Positions 40,801-49,940 of a DNA stretch of 64,000 nt are shown piece by piece. The position numbers and the translations under genes are program-made. The DNA lies in contig CALVWR010000011.1 in assembly GCA_944367565.1 (NCBI GenBank), positions 92 to 64,091 on the forward strand. Direction: 5' to 3'. Below the pieces are notes generated by a model, which was not told where the DNA came from, made no database searches, and saw nothing but the letters and a program-made list of their open reading frames with translations. Within the stretch, counting starts at the first letter, position 1. Each line of letters starts with the position of its first letter. This DNA is from an uncultured Clostridia bacterium. GTDB taxonomy: Bacteria; Bacillota; Clostridia; Christensenellales; Borkfalkiaceae.

Positions 40801-41368
40801 GACAAAAGATGCGACGGTCGAGATCACAATCACCTTCGGCGGTGCACCGATCGCGCTGACGGAACGCGGATTCGTACCGGACGCGCCGGGGACCTATGAA
40901 GCGGTTTACAGCGCAAGCGACGCGCACGGCAATACCGCCTATATCAACAAGCAGATCACCGTCGTGAACGACACGGAAGAACCGATCATCAGCGGCGGGC
41001 TGGAAGCGACTACCGTGAAAAAGGACTCGCGCGTGGAGATCGTCGCGGCGACGGCTACGGACAATTGCGACGCCGCCGTGGAAGTAAGCGTCAAAGTTTA
41101 CTACGGCACGGAAGAAGTTTCCCTGACGGATAACGGGTTTACGGCGGCAAATCTCGGCGTATACCGCGTGGAATATTCCGCAAAGGATTCGTCCGGAAAC
41201 ATCGCCGTCAAAAACGTGGAGATCACGGTTATGGAAAACGTCGCAAACGGCAGCAATGCGGGAAGCTGTAATTCGTCGTTTGCCGGCACAATGAGTTTTG
41301 CCGCGGTCGCCTTGCTTGCGGCGGCGTGCATGATGATCGTGAAAAACAGAAAAACGCGTCAGCGCTGA
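37880..41368 (+). CDS. Giant cell-surface protein (paralogue 2) with a C-terminal membrane anchor
   Basis: 1162 aa. It has a signal peptide, lectin-like modules shared with 34251-37168 (FALPKIYEQLKDGYTVSF, ELSFEWAGDILNIWAL) and a Listeria-Bacteroides (Flg_new-type) repeat (YWTFGGWYADEDCTEPV). Three to four Ig-like DUF5011/HYR-type domains follow (GTYTVRYTAADPSGNES, GTYEAVYSASDAHGNTA, GVYRVEYSAKDSSGNIA). The terminal hydrophobic helix ends in KNRKTRQR. Confidence 0.8.
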   Translation: MRKSIFIKPLVSLILMATLAIGVASAGAGKGVVFAAADLSASSLVRASEGVTVSAGAQFTKDGGYSESPRGLLLTVPKETASYSFDISGVFKNNMALKFNIPGQSDVDGAYRYYDSDLVFEIYDVASPNVGFEVTFGPGRGTDWNGWNGMAWVTYDYNGTEVYRAGSSRDGGELHDKYVHKYAGWGAGTSAPDNGVCFMPYPEQNGVDGGDAADNFGYLILQYNAEGNLEIWARGQEGGNKTIVRLAVFEKDPATYVPDQSDGWFADCDLPAMPFAEGFGIRARTEGSHDAGDQAVMLLEIYETADRATSFIEDYTNNTSVFQRFTESGTKYDLSAETIATPAFYTEFRNRVTISADDAFPYAFVAGATTQIPGATYITADNTTPAPVAKIELTDPDGEKTDITASKSVTPDVMGEYTVTYTAIENSERPGNTIFFKFTVDSFKTDTANLLVLDGNAQYDLQNSGDYVGINLTPKTNDAFSGTFDGIFTDDFSIKFTVPSTLPCDGSSNGLSVVFTVSDLEGNKVFSVHFVSDGWGTNAWVRYGDEIRAGVTNAVGEDLPGQWRPRIYYVQPKPYDDYGIFRPNMNSSQNTQPGELSFEWAGDILNIWALNGTGALKVKLGSFDGTDTTFAIPEGGDVAFASDAELNEKGKFALPKIYEQLKDGYTVSFTAGVEGVKGNALHIAELNGTKIERDYLGAEGKSEIFLENEADATVYLPQNTQAGDVTFRYTIAFMPGLEKITEVKIPLAADTSSIGQKEVTVTDDSVAEYFGQLSKTYTVIVEEAYRLSFETNGGKAIGAIDWSEHTRNRLGDALPTAERAYWTFGGWYADEDCTEPVTLGEIQGTATVYAKWLDEEPPVIELNGLNDVMTVQVGNVAVGQSDVRVSDAAEGNEIALIVEVKYENGSFALLEGFDFSRLGTYTVRYTAADPSGNESFIERTIVVVDEIPPVITLEGEVPLNGFTGIRIELPAATATKDATVEITITFGGAPIALTERGFVPDAPGTYEAVYSASDAHGNTAYINKQITVVNDTEEPIISGGLEATTVKKDSRVEIVAATATDNCDAAVEVSVKVYYGTEEVSLTDNGFTAANLGVYRVEYSAKDSSGNIAVKNVEITVMENVANGSNAGSCNSSFAGTMSFAAVALLAAACMMIVKNRKTRQR

Positions 41369-41485
41369 AAAGAAGGGGGCGCCCGATCGGCGCCCCCGTA
41401 CGCGGAAACCGGAAAAACGGCGTTATTTTGCAAAAGGAAAGAACTTCCCTGCGGGAAGGAAATGGATAGAAGGAGTTAAATAAAT

Positions 41486-43129
41486 ATGAAAGTCTGGAAA
41501 AAAGTCATCGCCGCCGCACTTGCGGCAAGCCTTTGCGTTTCGGGATTTGCGGCGTGCGACGGAGAGAGAAGTGCGGATTATTCCAACATGACCGTGCTGA
41601 ATATCGGCGTATATGACGGGGGCTTGGGCACCGCATGGATACAGAAAGTTGCCACCGAGTTTGAAAAACGGTACGAAGGCGTTTCCCTGGAAGACGGAAA
41701 GACCGGCGTACACGTCTCCATAACGGGGAAGAAGGATCCGTATCTTTCCGATACGTTGCTCGCGGGGATTCAGGCGGGCAGCGAAACGAACGATCTGTAT
41801 TATACGTCGCAATCCAACCTTTCGGTATGGACGGACGGCGACGTCGCCTACGATCTGACCGATACGGTGACGGAAAAGGTTTATAAAGCGGACGGAACGC
41901 TGGCAGAAGTCGGAGAGAGCGCCACGCTGAGTATTTACGACAAGATGGAAGAATATTATCGGGACGCGTTCAACACGGCGGACCGTACGGCGGGCAACGA
42001 AAACGCCGTGGAATATTACGGGATTCCCTTTGAGGACAATCTGACCGGATTCATTTACGATTACGACCTGTTTGAAGAGCAGGGCTGGCTGAGATACAGC
42101 GGAAGAGACGGAATGCCCGGTACCGTGGATGAATTCATGCAGCTTCTCACCACGATCGTACGCGCAAATTACATACCGTTTACTTTTTCTCCGGACTTTG
42201 CGTATTACTCGACGTCTTATGTGAACGCCTTTGTCGCGCAATATGACGGCCTGGAAAATTTCATGCTTCTCGAAGATTATACGGGCAATTTTGTTGCGGC
42301 GGACGGTACGGAAACGCCGATCAACGAACAAAACGGATATCTGCTCGCGTCGTTGCAGAAAGGCAGGCTGAAAGCCGCGGAATTTGTACGGAACATCATG
42401 AATCCCATGTTTTACGATCCGGATTGCTTAAAAAGCGGACATTCTTACTCGATGGCGCAGAGCAACTTCATCTTGAGCAAAGAGGGCGGCAATAAACGCA
42501 TCGCCATGATCTTTGAAGGCGAATGGTGGGAAAACGAGGCGCGGATGTATTTCAATTCCATGGGACAGATCAAGGAAGAAAACGGATACGGCAAGCGCGA
42601 TTTCAGGTTCTTTCCCATTCCGGAAATCCCCGGGCAGAAAGTCGAGGGGCAGAGTTTCCTCGGAAGCATGTCGAACGGAACGGTGCTTTTCGCAAACAAA
42701 AAGACGATAGAGGGAAATGCCGTCAAAGAAAAGCTCGTGAAGGAATGGTTGCAGTTCCAGCACGCGGAAGCGTCCCTGGAAACGTTCACCATGACGGTCG
42801 GCGCGGTATTGCCTTACGATTATGATCTTTCCGATGAGCAGCTTCAGCAAATGACGCCGTTTGCGCGGGATTGCTGGGATGTGCACCGCGGCGGCGAAGT
42901 GACCATTCTCCGCAATTCTCCGAACGCCCGTTCGAGGTTCGCGCGGAGCACGACGATGGATGTGGGCTGGAGAAGCTCCGTGCCGGGATATAATACGTTC
43001 ACGACGGAACTGTTCTCCGTCATGTTCAACAATCAGAATCTTACGGCGCAGGCGTATTATGACGGACTCGTTGCGTATTATAACGAAGCGGACTGGATGC
43101 AGGCCTATAATTTGTTCTATAACATCTGA
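41486..43129 (+). CDS. ABC transporter extracellular solute-binding lipoprotein (large LplA-like family-1 SBP)
   Basis: 547 aa. Lipoprotein signal MKVWKKVIAAALAASLCVSGFAAC. Position upstream of two sugar-type permeases, and RBS aaggag. Confidence 0.8.
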   Translation: MKVWKKVIAAALAASLCVSGFAACDGERSADYSNMTVLNIGVYDGGLGTAWIQKVATEFEKRYEGVSLEDGKTGVHVSITGKKDPYLSDTLLAGIQAGSETNDLYYTSQSNLSVWTDGDVAYDLTDTVTEKVYKADGTLAEVGESATLSIYDKMEEYYRDAFNTADRTAGNENAVEYYGIPFEDNLTGFIYDYDLFEEQGWLRYSGRDGMPGTVDEFMQLLTTIVRANYIPFTFSPDFAYYSTSYVNAFVAQYDGLENFMLLEDYTGNFVAADGTETPINEQNGYLLASLQKGRLKAAEFVRNIMNPMFYDPDCLKSGHSYSMAQSNFILSKEGGNKRIAMIFEGEWWENEARMYFNSMGQIKEENGYGKRDFRFFPIPEIPGQKVEGQSFLGSMSNGTVLFANKKTIEGNAVKEKLVKEWLQFQHAEASLETFTMTVGAVLPYDYDLSDEQLQQMTPFARDCWDVHRGGEVTILRNSPNARSRFARSTTMDVGWRSSVPGYNTFTTELFSVMFNNQNLTAQAYYDGLVAYYNEADWMQAYNLFYNI

Positions 43130-43137
43130 TTTCGAAA

Positions 43138-44118
43138 ATGAAAAAGAAACTTACAAGCGGCGCGAACAGCCGTAAGACTTATGAAAGGAACGCGCAGTTG
43201 TTCTGCATCGCGTTACTTACGTTCATGCTGGCGCAGTGGCTGGTGTTCTACGTTTATGCAAACATCAACAATCTTCTGCTCGCGTTCCAGCGCTTTGACG
43301 CGAATACGGGAAAACAGGTCTTTTTGGACGCGCCGCATATGTTTGACAACTTTGCCAAATTTTTCAGAGAACTTTTTGCGGGAAACAACGTAACAAAATA
43401 TTTTCTCAACGGGATGATCATGCATCTGATGACCTTTGTCTGTCTGCCGCTGAGCATCATGTTTTCCTTCATCATTTACAAAAAGCTGCCGCTCAAAGGA
43501 TTGTTCAAGGTCGTGCTTTACCTTCCCACCATTCTTTCGGCGATGGTCATCGCGCTGTTTTTCCGGTACTTCATCGAATACGGATGCGAAGGTATTTATG
43601 TGCGGATTTTCAAAGGATCGAAGGATAATTTCCCGCATTTTATCACCGACGGCAATTATGCGTTGGGAACTATGCTGGCATACTGCGTATTCACCGGGCT
43701 TCCGGGCAGTCTTTTGCTCAATCTCGGCACGATGAGCCGTATTCCCGAAGACCTGATCGAAGTCGGAAAGCTGGAAGGATTCAGTTTATGGCAGGAGTTT
43801 ATCCATCTGACCGTTCCCATGATGTTTCCCGTTCTGCAGATCTACTGTCTGGGAATTTTCGTCGGATTTTTCACGGCGCAGGGTCCGCTGTTCGCCATCT
43901 ACGGAAATATCGCGGGGAAAGCGCCGGAAAGCACGATCACCTTCGGCTATTACATGACGTTGCAGGTCATAGGCAATAGCGGTTCTACCGTCGGTGACAA
44001 CCGGTTCAATTACGGGTACACGACGGCGGCAAACCTGACGATCGGCCTGGTTTCCATCCCGATCATCTGGGGAACGAAAAAACTGTTTGACCGGTTCGAT
44101 CCGGAAGCGGAATTTTAA
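43138..44118 (+). CDS. Sugar ABC transporter permease (LplB/MalF-type)
   Basis: 326 aa with 6 TM helices and an EAA-like loop: IPEDLIEVGKLEGFSLWQEFIHLTVP. Confidence 0.85.
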   Translation: MKKKLTSGANSRKTYERNAQLFCIALLTFMLAQWLVFYVYANINNLLLAFQRFDANTGKQVFLDAPHMFDNFAKFFRELFAGNNVTKYFLNGMIMHLMTFVCLPLSIMFSFIIYKKLPLKGLFKVVLYLPTILSAMVIALFFRYFIEYGCEGIYVRIFKGSKDNFPHFITDGNYALGTMLAYCVFTGLPGSLLLNLGTMSRIPEDLIEVGKLEGFSLWQEFIHLTVPMMFPVLQIYCLGIFVGFFTAQGPLFAIYGNIAGKAPESTITFGYYMTLQVIGNSGSTVGDNRFNYGYTTAANLTIGLVSIPIIWGTKKLFDRFDPEAEF

Positions 44119-44131
44119 GGAGGAAGGACCT

Positions 44132-45049
44132 ATGAAAACACAAAATCGCGTAAAAAACAGACCGCCTTTCCGCTTTTCCTCCGTCAGAAAGTGTATTTTT
44201 CCCGTTTTGATCTGGACGCTGCTGGCTTTATGGACGCTGATCTTTTTTGCAATGCTGCTTTGGGGCCTTGTGGCGAGCGTGAAATCTATCATGGGATTTT
44301 ATCTCGACCCCGTGTTCTTCCCGAAAGGGAAAGAGATGTGGGCGTTCGACAATTACGTCGTCGCATTCCGGAACATCAAGGTGCAGGTTTCGAATACGGA
44401 GACCGTCGGCTTTTTCAGAATGCTCGTCAACAGTCTGTTGTACGCCTGCGGCAACGCGTTCCTGTCCGTGCTGACGGCATCGCTTGCAAGTTACATTCTC
44501 GCAAAATACAACCGTTTCCGCTGGGTGGGGGCGCTCTGGACGATCGTGCTTGTCACGAACTATCTTCCCATCGGTTCGTCTACGGCGGCGAATATCAAAC
44601 TTCTCAACGATCTCGGGATTTACGATTCCATGCTGGGGAACTGGCTTTGGGGCTGCGGTGCGTTCGGTTCGGTATTCCTGATGTACTACGCGAGCTGGAA
44701 GGGCCTTTCCTGGGGATATGCCGAGGCGGCGTTCATCGACGGCGCCGGACATTTCAGGACGTTGATCCAGATCATGATGCCCATGACAAAGACCATTTTC
44801 GGCGTTCTGTTTCTGATGCAGTTCATCACGCTGTGGAACGACTATATGACGCCGCTGATCTTTTTGCCGTCGTTTCCGAATCTGTCGTACGGGGCATGGC
44901 AGTTACAGTACAGTACGAACTATGAAACCTCAAGCATCACCGTGAAGATCGCGGGTCTGTTGCTGATTGCATTCCCGGTGTTCGTATTGTTTATGTGTTT
45001 CAAAGAAAAACTGATGGGTTCGCTGACCATCGGCGGCCTGAAAGGATAA
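44132..45049 (+). CDS. Sugar ABC transporter permease (LplC/MalG-type)
   Basis: Start MKTQNRV lies behind aaggagg; the tracked ORF starts at 44087. It has the EAA loop YAEAAFIDGAGHFRTLIQIMMPM and 6 TM helices. Confidence 0.85.
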   Translation: MKTQNRVKNRPPFRFSSVRKCIFPVLIWTLLALWTLIFFAMLLWGLVASVKSIMGFYLDPVFFPKGKEMWAFDNYVVAFRNIKVQVSNTETVGFFRMLVNSLLYACGNAFLSVLTASLASYILAKYNRFRWVGALWTIVLVTNYLPIGSSTAANIKLLNDLGIYDSMLGNWLWGCGAFGSVFLMYYASWKGLSWGYAEAAFIDGAGHFRTLIQIMMPMTKTIFGVLFLMQFITLWNDYMTPLIFLPSFPNLSYGAWQLQYSTNYETSSITVKIAGLLLIAFPVFVLFMCFKEKLMGSLTIGGLKG

Positions 45050-45061
45050 GGAGAAAACAGA

Positions 45062-47956
45062 ATGAAAAAAGGGGTTTTGGCTTTAATTTTTGCGATCGCA
45101 CTGACGGGATCGGCGTTCGGCGCGGCGTTTGCGGCGGAAGTCGAAACGGGACAGGGGATCAGTCCCGCCGATCTGTGGATTGCGGATGACGGCATAAGCG
45201 TCAGCGCAAACGTCGATACGCCGGATTATATGCGCAGCGGATATTTTAAAGATTACCGCGACCCGGCTACGCGCGTTACCATCACCGAAGACGACCTTCC
45301 CGAATACCGCAAGAACGGCGTTTATGTGACGTCGTCGGCGGGGAACGCGGCGGTTACATATAAGAACGTCATCGACATTTCGGGACTGAAAACGGAAGAT
45401 GAACTTTTGTCCGTCGTCCCCATTCCGACAACGAGAGGAACGTCGAGTTTTACGGAATTCGGCATCACGCTGACCGATGCGGACAATCCCGACAATTACA
45501 TCTATATCCGGATTTTTGAAAACCGCTGGTGGACGATCGGCTCGCTGATGAGCGTTTCCACGCAGAACTTCGAAGCGAGGGCGTACAGATGGGGGCAGAA
45601 CCCCGGGGAAATGGGCGAATTTTGCGAGCAACTGCGTACAAATTTCATGGGAACGCAGCAGGCCGTATTTGAAGGGGTAAGCGAAGAAGAAATGCTGATC
45701 GTGCCCTTCAGCGTGCGCTACGATACGGAAAAACGGCTGGTTTCCATCTGCAATCCCGACGGACAGATCTTCCCCGTGCTCGATCTCGACGACGGCGCTT
45801 CGGTGGGATACGGCAACGAATGGCAGGGGTTTGAAAACGACAGAGTGATTCTGAGCATATCGGCGAGCGGCTTTCTGGGCGCACAGGCGGATTTTATGAT
45901 CTTCAACGTGGCGGGAACGACGATGAACGGCGAGCAGGTGAACGATACCGCCGCGCCGTCGATTCTTGTGAAGAAGACGTGGGAGACGCCGCCGACGGCG
46001 GCGGTAGGCAAGCCCTATGCGATTTTCCCCGCGGAGGCGTACGACGCGGTGGACGGCGCGCTGGATCTGCAGGTATCCGTAAGGAAAGAGGGGACGGAAG
46101 AATTCGTTCCCGTCGGAAACGAGCATATTTTCGACGAACCGGGAACCTATATTTTGCGTTATGAGACGACGGACAACGCCGGGCTTACGACGGCAAAGGA
46201 ATTCACCGTGGAAGCGCGTTACGGGATTGCGCCGATGACGATCGAAACGCAATGGGATAAAACGAAGTTCCGGGTAGGCGAATCGATCGAGATCAGACCT
46301 GCGACGGTCACCGGAGGCAGCGGGACGGCCGAACTGACCGTCTATGCGGAACGCGCGCTGACGGGAGAAAGGACGGATGTTGTAAACAACGCCTTTACCG
46401 TCCGGCTGGCGGGCGAGTATTATGTTCGTTACGTTGCGACGGATTATCTCGGAAACCGTACGATCAGAAGCGTTTCGCTGAACGTGGTTTCGGACGGAAA
46501 AGCGCTCATGGAAGGCGATATGATGATGTTTGAACGGTTTATCGACGGTGAAACGTACAAATTGCCGGAGCCGTCGGCATACGATTACATCAGCAGTCCC
46601 GGATCGAAGCTCAACGCGGTCGTGAAAGTGAGCGCGACGGGAACGGGCGAAAAAGCGGCGTACAGCGAAACGGTGGAAAATTATCTTTTCACTCCGACGA
46701 AAGAACTGTTCGGCGATGCGGTGAAAATCCGGTATGCGATTTCCTGCGGGGAGAACGGGGAAGAGACGGTTTACAATTTTGAAGTTCCCGTCATCGAACC
46801 GCAGACGTTGGTCGATTACTTTGTTTACGACGAAGAAAACACCGACATCGGCTACAATCTGCCGAGCGAAGTGCTGGAAAGCTACATGACGTTCAGCCGC
46901 AAACAGGGATCCGATGCGGAAAGTCTGTCGTATATGTTTATCCATCCGTTCAAGGCAAACGGATTCAGCACGCGGTTTTCGGTGCCGTTTACGATGCAGA
47001 ATTTTACGCGGCTGACGCTCGTTTTCAAGGATGCGTATAACGGATCGGTCGGGTTTACGTTGTCGCTGGAAAAGTATAACGAAAGCAGCACGTTCGTTTA
47101 TTATAACGGACAGAAATATTCCATGTCGGGCGCGTTCGACACCGAAAAAGGTTCAAGCTCGATTCCGCTGATGATCCAATACGACGACGGGATCGTCATG
47201 GATTACACCGATAGACGCATCTTCACGCCGACCGTCAACGACGACGGGTCCGCGTTTGAAGGATTCCCGAGCGGAAAGGTGTTCGTCACCTATATCATCG
47301 AGGGCATCACGGGAGATGCGGGAATCAAGATGAATTCCATCGGTTCGCAGACGCTGTATGCGGAATATCTCGGCGATGTTTTACAGCCTTATGTCGATAT
47401 CGTCGTGCCGGAATTCGAATATCAGGAAGATATGCCCGAACGCTTCGCGCTGAACCAGCGCGTCAGGATTCCTTACGTCAGGGCTTATGACAATCTGAGT
47501 CCGTATGTCGAGGTTTTCGTGACGCTCACCGCGCCGGACGGCGGAAAGATTTACGATAACGCGTTGTGCGAAGAGGGAATGAGCTTTGTCATCGAAAATT
47601 ACGGGAAATACTATCTCAGTTATTATGCGGCAGATAAAGCCGGCAAATTCAAACTCGATTCTTACACCATTCAGGCGGAAGATCTGATCGCGCCGACGAT
47701 CACGCTGTCGTCCGACGAGCCTCTGTCGGGAAAAGGAAACAGGGTTGCGATCACTTTGCCGGATGTAAAGGTTCTCGACAATTACGACGAAAACCCCGTT
47801 TTGAAGATCTTCGCGGTGGATGCGTACGGCGAGTATACTGCGTTGGAAGGCGATCGGTTCGTGCCGCCGCAAGCGGGAAGATACATCATTCGCTATTATG
47901 CGTATGATGCGAATTACAATGTGACGATCAAAGATATCGTCTGCAACGTCAAATGA
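45062..47956 (+). CDS. Giant secreted protein (paralogue 3) with lectin-like and Ig-like domains
   Basis: 964 aa. Signal peptide MKKGVLALIFAIALTGSAFGAAFA, an N-terminal concanavalin/LamG-like region and Ig-like domains (GTYILRYETTDNAGLT, GEYYVRYVATDYLGNRT, GKYYLSYYAADKAGK, GRYIIRYYAYDANYN). Confidence 0.75.
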   Translation: MKKGVLALIFAIALTGSAFGAAFAAEVETGQGISPADLWIADDGISVSANVDTPDYMRSGYFKDYRDPATRVTITEDDLPEYRKNGVYVTSSAGNAAVTYKNVIDISGLKTEDELLSVVPIPTTRGTSSFTEFGITLTDADNPDNYIYIRIFENRWWTIGSLMSVSTQNFEARAYRWGQNPGEMGEFCEQLRTNFMGTQQAVFEGVSEEEMLIVPFSVRYDTEKRLVSICNPDGQIFPVLDLDDGASVGYGNEWQGFENDRVILSISASGFLGAQADFMIFNVAGTTMNGEQVNDTAAPSILVKKTWETPPTAAVGKPYAIFPAEAYDAVDGALDLQVSVRKEGTEEFVPVGNEHIFDEPGTYILRYETTDNAGLTTAKEFTVEARYGIAPMTIETQWDKTKFRVGESIEIRPATVTGGSGTAELTVYAERALTGERTDVVNNAFTVRLAGEYYVRYVATDYLGNRTIRSVSLNVVSDGKALMEGDMMMFERFIDGETYKLPEPSAYDYISSPGSKLNAVVKVSATGTGEKAAYSETVENYLFTPTKELFGDAVKIRYAISCGENGEETVYNFEVPVIEPQTLVDYFVYDEENTDIGYNLPSEVLESYMTFSRKQGSDAESLSYMFIHPFKANGFSTRFSVPFTMQNFTRLTLVFKDAYNGSVGFTLSLEKYNESSTFVYYNGQKYSMSGAFDTEKGSSSIPLMIQYDDGIVMDYTDRRIFTPTVNDDGSAFEGFPSGKVFVTYIIEGITGDAGIKMNSIGSQTLYAEYLGDVLQPYVDIVVPEFEYQEDMPERFALNQRVRIPYVRAYDNLSPYVEVFVTLTAPDGGKIYDNALCEEGMSFVIENYGKYYLSYYAADKAGKFKLDSYTIQAEDLIAPTITLSSDEPLSGKGNRVAITLPDVKVLDNYDENPVLKIFAVDAYGEYTALEGDRFVPPQAGRYIIRYYAYDANYNVTIKDIVCNVK

Positions 47957-47964
47957 GGGAAATC

Positions 47965-49893
47965 ATGAATAAGATCATAAAAGTTTTTGTAATCATCCTT
48001 TCCGGAATTCTTCTTTTTTCGGCGGCGAGCTGTAAAGAAACTGCAAGTTCGACGATTCAGGAAACGGACGTCATGCTCGCGTCGGGAGGGACTACGGAAT
48101 ATTCCGCAGTGATCTCCGCGAACGCGACGGAAGCGGAAAAGTATGCGGCGCAGCAGCTTGCGACGTATTTCAAGGAAGCAACGGGCGCGTCGTTGCCGGT
48201 CAAAACCGACGCGGAGATGTCCTTTAATCAGAACGATAAGGTGATTTCCGTCGGCAGAACAACGATTCTGAACGGAAGCGGGATCGCGCTGGACGAAGCG
48301 ACGCTGACCTGCGACGGATTCCGGATCGAACGGTTTGAAAACACCGTGGTGCTGTGCGGGACCGAGGATACCGGGACCATCTACGCGGTGCAGGATTTTC
48401 TCAAATTTCAGTTCGGATACGAAGCGTATGCTTCCGACGAGATCTGGATCGATTCGAAACCGGAAGCGAAACTGCTCGACTTCCATTATAGCGATTCGCC
48501 GGATTTCGAAGGACGCGATATGGACGGCGATCTGCTGTACAACATCGCAGGGGCAACGCAGCTCAGGATCCGCAGCTGGTCTAATTCTTCGCCGGCATAT
48601 GCGTACGGCGCCAGCCGCGACTGGATCGGCGGACACTGCGAAAGTTTCCTGCACGTCCTTCCCAAAGATATTTACTACAACGAGGAAGAACATCCCGAAA
48701 CCTATCATCCCGAATGGTATCAGTACAGCGCGCGGCAGATGTGCCTGACAAATCAGGAGCTGATCGCCGAGTTCATCAAGAACATGATCGTGATGATCGA
48801 AGAGAATCCTTACGGAAAATACGTAAACATTTCCGAAGAGGACATGGCGGGGATGTGTCAGTGCGAAGCCTGCGTTGCGGAACAGAGACAGTATCTGATG
48901 AGCGGATACATCATCCGCTTCTGCAATCAGGTCATCGAAGGCATCGAATCGTGGCGCCTGGAAAACTGCCCGGAAAGGGAATGGAAGTATGTTACCTTTG
49001 CGTATTCTTCCGGCAGTATCAATCCGCCGGTCAATACCGTGAACGGAGAATATCAGGTCATCGACGAGAGCGTGCGCCCGCATGAAAAACTCTATATGCG
49101 CATCACCCCGATTCAGTACTGTTTCTCCCATGCGTTCATGGACGAAAGCTGCGAAGTCAACAAGACCTTCCGCAATCAGCTCGCCGGATGGCGCGCGATC
49201 ACAGATCGGTTCATGGTCTGGGACTACGACGCCAATTATACCCATTATTTCCTTTTCTTCAACGATTATGAATCGCTGAGCGCAAACCTTCGTCTGTACA
49301 AGGAAATGGGCGTCGTGAATATTTTCCGTCAGAACACGACGGGATCCAGGATCCGTTCGATGGTCGATCTCAACAACTATCTCAACGGCAAACTCATGTG
49401 GAACACCGAACTGGAAACGGAAACGCTCATCGACGACTTTATGGATCATTTCTATAAATCCGGCGCGCCGTACATGAAACAGTATCTTTCCATGATGCGC
49501 ACCTATCTCAAACAAAAGGATCTCGACAGCCTCGCCTCGGGCGGGAAGGGAATTCACTTCCAGCTTTACGACAGCTATCAGCCGCAGCTCGCCACGGCAA
49601 GCACCTGGGAAAAGCGGATTTTGGAACAGGCGCTGGAACTCTTCGATCAGGCGATGGCGACCTATGATTCCATCGAAAACGACGGCGAACGGGAAGTGAT
49701 GAAAAACAGGATTCTCAAAGAAAGTCTTTGCGTGCGTTATCTGATCATCAAGAATTATTCTTCGTATTATAATCAGAATTCTTCCGCTTATGTGCAGACG
49801 ATCAACGAATTCCGCGAAGATGCGAACCTTCTGGGAGCGTACTGCCATTCGGAAGGCGGCGATCTCAGTACCTGGCTTGATTCAATGCTTTAA
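47965..49893 (+). CDS. Putative glycoside hydrolase-like lipoprotein (DUF4838-like)
   Basis: Lipoprotein signal MNKIIKVFVIILSGILLFSAASC. An N-terminal GTEDTGTIYAVQDFLKF segment resembles DUF4838 proteins of polysaccharide loci. The family call is from memory only. The tracked ORF starts at 47953. Confidence 0.45.
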   Translation: MNKIIKVFVIILSGILLFSAASCKETASSTIQETDVMLASGGTTEYSAVISANATEAEKYAAQQLATYFKEATGASLPVKTDAEMSFNQNDKVISVGRTTILNGSGIALDEATLTCDGFRIERFENTVVLCGTEDTGTIYAVQDFLKFQFGYEAYASDEIWIDSKPEAKLLDFHYSDSPDFEGRDMDGDLLYNIAGATQLRIRSWSNSSPAYAYGASRDWIGGHCESFLHVLPKDIYYNEEEHPETYHPEWYQYSARQMCLTNQELIAEFIKNMIVMIEENPYGKYVNISEEDMAGMCQCEACVAEQRQYLMSGYIIRFCNQVIEGIESWRLENCPEREWKYVTFAYSSGSINPPVNTVNGEYQVIDESVRPHEKLYMRITPIQYCFSHAFMDESCEVNKTFRNQLAGWRAITDRFMVWDYDANYTHYFLFFNDYESLSANLRLYKEMGVVNIFRQNTTGSRIRSMVDLNNYLNGKLMWNTELETETLIDDFMDHFYKSGAPYMKQYLSMMRTYLKQKDLDSLASGGKGIHFQLYDSYQPQLATASTWEKRILEQALELFDQAMATYDSIENDGEREVMKNRILKESLCVRYLIIKNYSSYYNQNSSAYVQTINEFREDANLLGAYCHSEGGDLSTWLDSML

Positions 49894-49940
49894 TAAAAGA
49901 ACGCCGCGCCGATCGCGGACGCGGAAAAAACGACCGATCT

